Below the pieces are notes generated by a model. That model did not search any database. It saw only the letters and a program-made list of their open reading frames with translations, and had not been told where the DNA came from. Shown piece after piece: positions 38,801 through 43,298 of a DNA stretch of 43,298 nt. This DNA comes from an uncultured Methanosarcinales archaeon (GTDB lineage Archaea > Nanobdellota > Nanobdellia > Woesearchaeales > BS150m-G63), in NCBI GenBank assembly GCA_964630685.1, contig CAZVVW010000008.1, positions 1 to 43,298 of the forward strand. The letters run 5' to 3'. The position numbers and the translations under genes are program-made. Within the stretch, counting starts at the first letter, position 1; each line of letters opens with the position of its first letter.

Positions 38801-41800
38801 AGTACCATTACATGTTAAAGTGTTGTTAGTGTAAGCTGTTGCTGGATTTATGTAAGGTTGGATTGTTGGTGGGTGATTTAGTGTGAAAGTGATGTTGTTT
38901 GTGGTGCTTAATCCAGCCATATCCTGTACATATACATTAATTGTGTAGTTTCCTGAATCCCAACCTTTTTCTGAGTGGTTTATTTGGGAGTCGAAATGAT
39001 AGGTTTCGTTTTGGTAAGGGATATCACTTATTGGGCCACTCTCACTTGAATTTACTATTTGGTGTGTTTCATTTGTTATTGTTAGGTTTGTGAAATTGAG
39101 ATGATCGTTCTTTGCAAATATGTCTATATTGATTGTTTGGTTGTGGTAGGGATGAACTTTTCCTTGTGTTGGATGTTCAAATTGCACTATAGGATTTATT
39201 GTATCTATGCTTAGGTTTCTTTCTTGACTTGTGCCTATACTGCTGTTTTTATCTTGGCATTCAACATACCAAGTTATGTCTTCTATGTGTTCATTAACTA
39301 TTTGGTATTCAAAGCTGTGTTGGTCTGTTTCTTGTGAGGTTGTTAAGTTTGCTGAAGTTATTGTGTTGATTATAGTGAAATCCCCTTCACTTTGGTTTTT
39401 CTTGTAAATACTGCAGTTTTCAATATCAGCAAGAGTGTCATTATCTGTTATTGCGTAAGTGAAATTGAAGGTTTCTCTTTCATATCTGTTTTGTTGTGGT
39501 TCTATTAATTCTATTAGTGGTTCTGAGTTTGTTACATAGAAAGTGAAGATTCCTGTGGAGTTTTCATTTTCATTAGAATCTATTATTTTGAAAGACCAAT
39601 TTACTAATTCATTTCTAGTTTTATTTATTTCAGCAGTGATATAATGTTCAACTTCACTTTCATTATCAAAAAGAGTTATATTTTGAGTTACAGAAGAGCC
39701 TTCACCATTCCAAAAGAACTGTATCTTTTTGATTCCTGCTCCTTGGTCTGTTGTGTTGATGAAGAAAGTTGCGTTTGTTAAACGTTTTAGTGTTCCTGTT
39801 ACTTCTGTGTGGATTATGTTGGGTGTTATTGTGTCATTTACTGTGTAGCTGAATGTTTGTGAAGTGTTTGAATGGGTGTCTGAACAGGTTATGTTTATTT
39901 CATGTGTTCCTGTGTGGTTTTCTGATGGGGCGTAATTGATTAATCCAGTTGTTTGATTTATTATGAAAAGTGAAGTGTTGTCGTAGTAGTATACTGTGTC
40001 TTCATTTTGGTCTGAACAGTTTATGTTGTAGGTGAATAGTTCTTCTGTGTTTATTTCTTTGTTTGTTAATGGCTGGTTAAATTCTGGTGGAGTGTTTTGG
40101 ATTGTAAAGTTTTCTGTGTTAAACCAATCACCCCATTCAAATCCATCATGAATTCTTGCTGAGAAAGACCAGTTTTGGAAGTGAGTGGTGTTTTCTGGTT
40201 GGATGATTGTTTCATTGTCGAATTGTGAGTTGTGTTCTCCATTGATGTACCACTTTGTTTGGTTTTCTTGTTGTGGATCAAAGTTGTAATCTTGGTAGGT
40301 GAAACTTCCTGTTAGTGTTCCATTTGTTCTATTTAGAGCATCATTGGAAGTTATGTTTATTGATGTGATGTTTGGTTTAGTGTTTATTCCTATACTATAA
40401 TTTGTGAAATGAGTTACATTGAAGTGGTAAGTGGTAGAGATGTTATGGAAATCATCACAAATATCTTCTGGACAGACAACACTATCTTTGAATGGTCTTG
40501 TTATTCCTATTAGTTGTATGTTGTAGAATGTTAGGTTAGCTGAATCATTCAAACTAGTGAGAGCTGAGCTATTCAGGTAGATGTTGTTGTTGGTTATTAT
40601 TGGGTTTATTCCAAGTGCGAGTGTTCCTGATTCTGAGATTGTTAGGCCTGTTGTGTTTAACCATTCAATCTGTCCGTGGGAGTTGTTGTAGATCAGGTAG
40701 TTGTTGTATGATGAATTTGTTAAATCTCTTATTATATTTGCAGTTGTTGTTGTTATGTTGTTGTTTAAAAATGTGTTTGAATTAGAAGATGAATAAAGCC
40801 AAATCCCACACCCTCTAATTCCTGTTGTTGTTATGTTGTTGTTTGCTATGTTTGAATTAGAAGATGAATAAAGCTGAATCCCATACCCATAATCTCCTGT
40901 TGTTGTTATTGTGTTGTTCGTTATTGTTCCATTCTCAGCACTTTCGAAATAGATGGCATATTTATTATTTGTTGTTGCATTTCCTTCTATGATATTACAG
41001 TTTTTGATGGTAACATTATTATAACCGTCAGTGTTGTTTATACCATAACCTCGTGTTCCTGCTGTGGAGTAATTGATTGTTTTTCCTGCGCAATCTAATA
41101 CTATGTTATCTGCTTTAATGTTTATTGCTGTTCCTGGACAGGTAAGGTTTTCGTTGAGTGTTAATGAAGTGTTTAAGTTCATGTTACAGCTGTTTATTAT
41201 TACGCTGTCGTTTTGTGGAGTTCCATAATTTGTTGCGTCATAAGGTGTGATTTGACAGGTCCAGTTATCATTGTTGCTTGTGTTGGTATAACCAAGAGTT
41301 GTGTAGTTGAGTGCTCCATTTGTGACTTCAAAAGAGTCAGATGAATCGAATTCATTGTTTTTGTACCAAGTGTACTTAGCATAAAGAATTGCTTCATCAT
41401 CATGGTCTGATATGTTTACTGTGCAGATGAGGTCATCTATTGTTGATGATGAGTCTGTTATTGTAATTGAATTTATTGTTGGTGCTGTGTTTTGTACTGT
41501 GAAGCAGTAGGTGTCTGATTTGTTTTCGTTTTCACTTACATCTGTTGCATTATAATACCAGCAGATGTTACTGTCTTTTGATAGGGAGATTTTGTCTTGT
41601 TCACTTGCGTTGAATTGGTTAGGAGCCTCTTCAAGTTCTATTGTGGTTATGTTTTTCCATGTTCCACTTGCATTAGTGTAGAAAGTGTAGTTTTTTATCT
41701 GAGCGTCTTCTATAGTTATATTTGCTGTAAAGTTTTGATATCTCTTGAAATCTAAAGATGTATTTGTTGCGTTTCTGAATGTTGGCGAGTTGAGATCTTT

Positions 41801-43297
41801 TATATTATATAGGAATGTTCCACTAGTGTTGGTTTCTCCATCACTGCAGTTTATATTTATTTGATGAATTCCTACATTATCGTCATTTGGAGTATGGTTG
41901 ATTAATCCAGTACTTGAGTTTATATTAAATAATTCAGTGCTATCATAGTATGTGAGTCTATCATTATCATCATCTGTGCAGTTTATATCATAAAGTAAGG
42001 TTTCTCCTGAATTAATTGGTGGGACTGTTAATTCATGGGTGAATCTTGGGGGGGTGTTTTGGATTGTTAATATATTGCTTAAATTTGTTTCTCCATCTTG
42101 AATGGTGTCTGTTGGTGTTACAGCAACAGACCAGTTTTGATGTTTCTCTGTTTCATTGCTCACTATTGTGTTTACTGAATGTTCTGTCAATCCTGCTTCA
42201 TAGTGAGCTTTAATCTGTTCTGGTGAAAGTGAATGGTTGAAGATTTTGATTTCATCTAGTTGTCCATAGATGACTGCACCTATTTGAATAAAAGAGATAT
42301 CATAATAAACTATTTCTTTATTATATTCTTTTGATGCGTTCAAATTTCCATTAATATATATACTTTTATTAGTTCCATTGTATGTTGCGACTATGTGATA
42401 CCAGTTATTATTAACTAAATTGAAATCATTTGTTTGTAATAGGTCAGAATTATCCCACTTATTTGTTTCAAATTCAATAAATCTTGATCCTTCATAGTAC
42501 CTTTTTCTTAATCCATAGAAAGGATTAGCTTCTATAATTCCTTCATAATCCCTCCAAGGATGGTTGAATTTAACCCATGCTTCTAATGTAAAAGAATGTT
42601 TTGAATATAGATTCTCATTAAATGAAACTTTAATATTGTCATTTACTTTATAAGAATATGCTCCTTTAACCTTTCCGGATGAAATCCATGTAGGAGAATA
42701 AGAAAGATCTAACTGTCCATTGTTTTCATTAGTTGAGTAGTCTTTGACTGTTGTGGTTGAGTTGATATCAAAAGGCATGTTAAGGAAAGCAATACTTTCT
42801 CCTTCTTTTCTCCAATCTGTTATACCTGTTAAATCATTATTATTATCTATATTTGTTGAGATGAATGAAGTGGTTAGATTGTCTGTTGTGTAGTTGTTTA
42901 TGCTTGTTGAATTTAGTGTTAAATCTTGTACAAAAGGAGTTGTGTCATTTCCTAAACTGTATGTTGTGAATTGAGAGACTGTAAAGTAATAAGTACTATC
43001 AAATTTACGGAGATTGGTGCAGAATTCTCCACAAGGTAGATTATTTCTTTTTGGTTTTGCTGAATCAGTAATTATCCCTAAACTGTTTAAAAATATGTCG
43101 TAGAATTTTAAATCAGCAAGAGCGTTTAAACTAGGCAATAATTCAGAATTTAATGTTATGTTGTTGTTGGTTATTATTGGGTTTATTCCAAGTGCGAGTG
43201 TTCCTGATTCTGAGATTGTTAGGCCTGTTGTGTTTAACCATTCAATCTGTCCGTGGGAGTTGTTGTAGATCAGGTAGTTGTTGTATGATGAATTTGT
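26858..43297 (-). CDS. Giant (at least 5479 aa, 5'-truncated) surface protein fused through one TM helix to a HerA/DUF87-like ATPase
   Basis: The frame stays open 53 codons past the ORF-track TTG (43138) to the window end. LamG-like domain ~42200-42800; beta-helix repeats ~40700-41190 and ~37600-38000; Ig/cadherin-like repeats; poly-Gly ~29145-29170; TM ~28340-28410; Walker A GSTGSGKT, VFDPTAQW, Walker B LVYDEVH, REFRKWGVGLVLISQ. Confidence 0.92.
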   Translation of the reverse strand, partial: TNSSYNNYLIYNNSHGQIEWLNTTGLTISESGTLALGINPIITNNNITLNSELLPSLNALADLKFYDIFLNSLGIITDSAKPKRNNLPCGEFCTNLRKFDSTYYFTVSQFTTYSLGNDTTPFVQDLTLNSTSINNYTTDNLTTSFISTNIDNNNDLTGITDWRKEGESIAFLNMPFDINSTTTVKDYSTNENNGQLDLSYSPTWISSGKVKGAYSYKVNDNIKVSFNENLYSKHSFTLEAWVKFNHPWRDYEGIIEANPFYGLRKRYYEGSRFIEFETNKWDNSDLLQTNDFNLVNNNWYHIVATYNGTNKSIYINGNLNASKEYNKEIVYYDISFIQIGAVIYGQLDEIKIFNHSLSPEQIKAHYEAGLTEHSVNTIVSNETEKHQNWSVAVTPTDTIQDGETNLSNILTIQNTPPRFTHELTVPPINSGETLLYDINCTDDDNDRLTYYDSTELFNINSSTGLINHTPNDDNVGIHQININCSDGETNTSGTFLYNIKDLNSPTFRNATNTSLDFKRYQNFTANITIEDAQIKNYTFYTNASGTWKNITTIELEEAPNQFNASEQDKISLSKDSNICWYYNATDVSENENKSDTYCFTVQNTAPTINSITITDSSSTIDDLICTVNISDHDDEAILYAKYTWYKNNEFDSSDSFEVTNGALNYTTLGYTNTSNNDNWTCQITPYDATNYGTPQNDSVIINSCNMNLNTSLTLNENLTCPGTAINIKADNIVLDCAGKTINYSTAGTRGYGINNTDGYNNVTIKNCNIIEGNATTNNKYAIYFESAENGTITNNTITTTGDYGYGIQLYSSSNSNIANNNITTTGIRGCGIWLYSSSNSNTFLNNNITTTTANIIRDLTNSSYNNYLIYNNSHGQIEWLNTTGLTISESGTLALGINPIITNNNIYLNSSALTSLNDSANLTFYNIQLIGITRPFKDSVVCPEDICDDFHNISTTYHFNVTHFTNYSIGINTKPNITSINITSNDALNRTNGTLTGSFTYQDYNFDPQQENQTKWYINGEHNSQFDNETIIQPENTTHFQNWSFSARIHDGFEWGDWFNTENFTIQNTPPEFNQPLTNKEINTEELFTYNINCSDQNEDTVYYYDNTSLFIINQTTGLINYAPSENHTGTHEINITCSDTHSNTSQTFSYTVNDTITPNIIHTEVTGTLKRLTNATFFINTTDQGAGIKKIQFFWNGEGSSVTQNITLFDNESEVEHYITAEINKTRNELVNWSFKIIDSNENENSTGIFTFYVTNSEPLIELIEPQQNRYERETFNFTYAITDNDTLADIENCSIYKKNQSEGDFTIINTITSANLTTSQETDQHSFEYQIVNEHIEDITWYVECQDKNSSIGTSQERNLSIDTINPIVQFEHPTQGKVHPYHNQTINIDIFAKNDHLNFTNLTITNETHQIVNSSESGPISDIPYQNETYHFDSQINHSEKGWDSGNYTINVYVQDMAGLSTTNNITFTLNHPPTIQPYINPATAYTNNTLTCNGTYSDTENHQETDSSYKWWVEQTLQDINTNTLSSDYFNKSQNVTCEYTPNDSYDNGTPENTSIIISNSAPFNTTSLTFTDFDSGHRFNVSATAHDEDGADDIIAEITISKGECQEPTYTETEKQKTAIFTCNGTALEETQANITFTDGNQKTTNITGIHRYPNKLPAIESIAITSAIDSYTDLICSINITDVDPEDSLSADITWLKNNQVNETTTITLETGVTNHTTLLNTKTKDDELWTCKAIASDQFNQSEQKNTSITIDSCGISLTNPLTLDSDITDCDTSNGINISANNLVLDCNNYQINNTSEYGYGIYNNNANNTLITNCSIDSFKRGIHIEDSENITIKNSKINNTERALFLFDSNNTLLKDSVIENSNTNDIYSNQGTHTILNSTINSSNIDSPSSYILVQWYLDFNITNTSSTPINNTNIIAFNKNSNQAFSIYTDETGFTTTQNLTEYISTNSLNYLTNYTINSSKELFHTDSRALNITDNTLLEIILYILQNVTNVQLTSSDELNRTNGTLTGTWDISHDPEIPGLTNHTKWYKNNTQIPGFNNELIIQPQNITKHENWTFSISVYDGFENSDWFNSSEITIQNTIPWVTDIHLSESNHVDENITCYFTVEDKDQDSLLVNLTWYNNTIAKFNQLISVTNGTESNHTLDAIYTSSGDLWKCNITPYDNEEYGTSKELERSIDNILANTSTPYITADLINNYTTNNLNCYFNITDPDSENLHIEYIWYNNNIENKTGTKQVTNNTLENITLGAGNTTKHQNWTCKITACDPTCNTDNSKISPLITIRNTPPEVTDLEITNNNEYNGTLGNLILNYTFIDDNIEDLTEQDYITNWYKNNQYHPIFKITEQDEELENHSTGDIFNTENAYDENWDTSINLTSSASDIEDKYSIIFENYTSPSNINISTWTLKYGFNVDGHDDTNAKIVGYCYNGNGWEQIFTNNTENTEQNIQTYTEEHSILTTCLQEDKLQTKINISASGSQVDIGEIYFYESKITWKTFIINSTELPYTYTNKGDLWNFSISVSDGEDWSLTYLSPGTTIQNTPPINTTAQKTIDLQEDIILEISLMDYFSDIDNDDLNFTSTTPTNITININNQTNNATLTPQENFTGTNTATFTATDGISQITGPTMNLTVVGVNDAPTLNLSPLNNTELPEDTYNDTINLSDYTTDVDNDPINYSCTSNNINLTATANNLTKLLNLTAYNNFTGIVQVICTAIDPDNNQSTDSFNVNITPINDAPTLNLNSLNNTELPEETYNDTINLNNHIIDVDDEKTDINYSCTSDSTNLTATANNLTKLLNLTAYNNFTGIVQVTCTAVDPDNAQGTDSFNVNITPINDLPTIIQPITFTNFTAGHSFNVTAAAHDIDGLEGFSSSIDSLGTCIANQLTTYSNIYNVTYNCTGTALTPDTINITFTDSAGETISTTGTNTYPNQLPTTPTLTAPEMVITSTETTLEWETSTDEDQDPITYHIYIKNTTEPEYNSSTQELNKTFTGIDVETYFWYIIAGDGYQNQTASQTSNFTIDSSNPTIEFINPTEESNTYFSREWIFINTTVIEPNEVNITFYLYNETELKENQTKYQKQRTHNFTSLEDGIYYYNVTIYDFVDHHASTETRNITLDTTYPEVTTPQVNDSDKILKKTDAITINITVNDIHINTVNLSNQTTLSMSQIEGTDIWEISTTPSNLGCTQTNDICTLTFTAIDLAGNTNSTTTLDLTIDDTNPEIHNLASNDSDNITRNDTTLNFTVTATDTNTLSVSLNNTPMSLSDDEATWFTLNTTSELGCIEETQCTLTATATDIAGNTNSTDYTITIDNTNPEVTTPQVNDSDKILKKTDAITINITVNDIHINTVNLSNQTTLSMSQIEGTDIWEISTTPSNLGCTQTNDICTLTFTAIDLAGNTNSTTTLDLTIDDTNPEVTQELNKAFLETHTQNIIITANASDTHLDTIWINITQPDQTNNITYRNENFSLIYTPLIHGNYYVNSYAKDILGNINQTVESTFRAESTTTATLTLSESSHEVNFVVEGGYSFILNATFNNTGNVTAYNTNLELIFDSTNQDWETNYTDNTAECGNITSNQICTKSFNITLPPYTTGNTYKIFFNSTWSNPNNEIDYVETEMDVKIEALLDIQISDWLITKDMLPGEQETIGNFTISSYGNQDAYLIFNISEETLGDINLTFSNTENQIITLKSGETETIFLTANIPIYTLPKSYNATIDVYYWDSDGSHYEYNQSVNISIIILTDNRWNLSENISQNTEIIEPPAQGQLTKYLGTINITNKGNINQTIRLTKILGTATYLYNGNPPIKEQIDIGENWLVNLSVIIETHTPSEEFKIQVSNLNDSTFQNIGGNFIVMNEPPEITNISYSQIQEVYSPFTINATITDPHGINKSWINLTNTSGETESIDMSKIDDSLYSIGYDPIEAGEYLFTIYSNDSYPIESLTSNTSSLNLNFTAIGTTNITTTASPLSATIETITQTTSKTIPINIIVNNTGQATAYSVHIAWEIPEELNITPLFKEYDSINSNNLKTQAFSLPVPETTWPGTYTLTETTTWKNPDNTEQQETKEIGIIISSNKILDISESGISKIIEHNSQGTLNFTLNSTGNDNLTNIQLICTQEGMCDSFSPTFSNNSIDLPAGGQKTINLTFSVPKHFPNGTYENIINATSESNDSLIATIIIPPTNTWQVSPTSINKTIGAGSLDTLQTVNIENTGNTDLEFSITSTNQQIIYSDTENIEIQPGNNENILLSYNATTIPSGTERLVNITLTLQNPNQNNPPTTDIQINLTTIDYHVNILSPTTENKLYNLTYNDSITINATASMSGINITENITWIPTISDSICLNINQNYSNISDTWIITCNIPNIIDAWTHDLKLKGIYEDMEYTAIQSDSIHYKDISPPTLTNIDSESIDLTTGDGSMTITLNITDNTNISGEGIGVIITYPNGTNSSVLPVIIVEEYSLIQPGPQETEDDQIEQGIYTFTITNLTKGDYDLTYFIPDENGNLLETTDWFEVFTPTTFNGNVLNNNNEPINTNFNLYRPNKYIKLASFTTEEDGTYNITNGSIHNRTYDIEIRSINHTIFLKEVELDGTINDIIDLYEIQNEEITLPGDTKELIGIAVSSQLTNPVDIHLDYNNTLENIDEDKIKIFKCADWNFTGKTCPSSWAMLADSTPYKTQDIVSASSSSFSAYAAGEYAPPQEDTTTDHGSSSGGGGGGGGTPLPPGILEDINKTLGKLEGITLDVNEIRESLYLGENKLVTLYLQNKLDEEKELNISLSSNLKQFINLKNKINIKPNTREKLLINIFAPETTTLRTYSGLITITGEGETEIPVTLEIKKKPIEEQPIQLIDVKITPLRTKFKPGEIIDLQLTIYNLNMGTALNITSTLEIINPNNNVALSRQQEKLTLTNIINSLKHFQIPIEIEPGDYIIKETATYLIGQEEVSLTAFANIKIKKPSILSNKVFGITLWQTLLLILLLPLIILITVTYRKRLIKKMKYRSLLNMKFLPRKTPQSIKIGKIAETNKESYLDIDELKTHTLIAGSTGSGKTVAAQDIAEEVLNKNSSVIVFDPTAQWSGFLRKCEDKTMLNNYFKFKLNTSQATAFKGNIYTITDPKEKINVKEFILPGQITIFCLNKLHSKDIDTVVTSTIQQIFDANLEESKTLKLLLVYDEVHRLLSKFGGSGKGVLQLERACREFRKWGVGLVLISQMLGDFMEEIHANIATEIQMRTKHLADLERIKKKYSKQILKIAHESPTGVGMVQNSQYNKGKPYFIEFRPLLHNPSRLHDSELDKYNKYNQKLDNIKYQIKQLKELKQDIFDLELELKLASDKLQQGNFKITDIYLDSLKPKLNVYWKKLNKTPKEKKKTKITEEYIEKGIKEAKQQRKEHLEKEKELHKLIDNAIEEGFTKEQIEESLKESKHPMAHIKKILEQKEDKLTNYIKHALKQETSTKKIKQELLKSGFSEKIINEKIKEVIKRR
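33042..33916. repeat. 296-bp apparently identical intragenic repeat (Ig-like module)
   Basis: 33042-33337 matches 33621-33916 (offset 579 nt = 193 aa); both encode PEVTTPQVNDSDKIL...LDLTIDDTN. Confidence 0.92.
34771..35365. repeat. Tandem ~300-bp cadherin-like (NDAP) repeats, near-identical
   Basis: Units start at 34771 and 35071; NDAPTLNL..LNNTELPE.TYNDTINL...DSFNVNITPIND twice. Confidence 0.9.
40581..40721. repeat. 141-bp repeat copy 1, identical to the last 141 bp of the window
   Basis: 40581-40721 equals 43158-43298. Confidence 0.92.
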
Positions 43298-43298
43298 T
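43158..43298. repeat. 141-bp repeat copy 2 at the window end
   Basis: Same sequence as 40581-40721; encodes TNSSYNNYLIYNNSHGQIEW...NPIITNNNI. Confidence 0.92.

Noticed and set aside
28966..41403. Many short ORFs inside the giant gene (e.g. 33378..33779, 37929..38270)
   Set aside because: Antisense or off-frame shadows of a long biased coding sequence; repeated peptides merely mirror the internal repeats.
43136..43138. TTG start of the giant ORF given by the ORF track
   Set aside because: The frame is open to the window end, the upstream codons match an internal repeat, and there is no signal peptide.

Overview
AT-rich, gene-dense archaeal sequence that reads as a DPANN genome fragment, most likely Woesearchaeota/Nanobdellota. 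This is inferred from archaeal RFC-L, ValRS, alpha2 GlyRS, TATA/BRE promoters and CxDSDxG-type small proteins. Both ends cut genes. The left and middle parts hold a SpoIIM-like membrane protein, a stand-alone HerA-family ATPase, an AsnB synthetase-domain-only protein, a bacterial-type AspRS lacking its GAD insertion, an MBL hydrolase and an M29 aminopeptidase. Next comes a type IV pilus/archaellum-like motor locus (three paralogous membrane proteins, two coiled-coil proteins, a VirB11/FlaI-type ATPase, a FlaJ/TadC-type platform), then tRNA-Phe, SSB, glyS, rfcL, valS, cysS with tRNA-Cys, and a DUF1003 gene. The right 16.4 kb is one 5'-truncated giant gene (at least 5479 aa). It encodes a long extracellular adhesin-like array (LamG, beta-helix, Ig/cadherin-like repeats), a Gly linker, one transmembrane helix and a cytoplasmic HerA/VirB4-like ATPase, and it is tightly coupled to a coiled-coil gene. 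This adhesin-ATPase fusion, plus a small helical motif shared by three proteins in the window, is the best candidate for a poorly described host-contact or translocation system. All calls come from reading motifs by eye; no searches were run.
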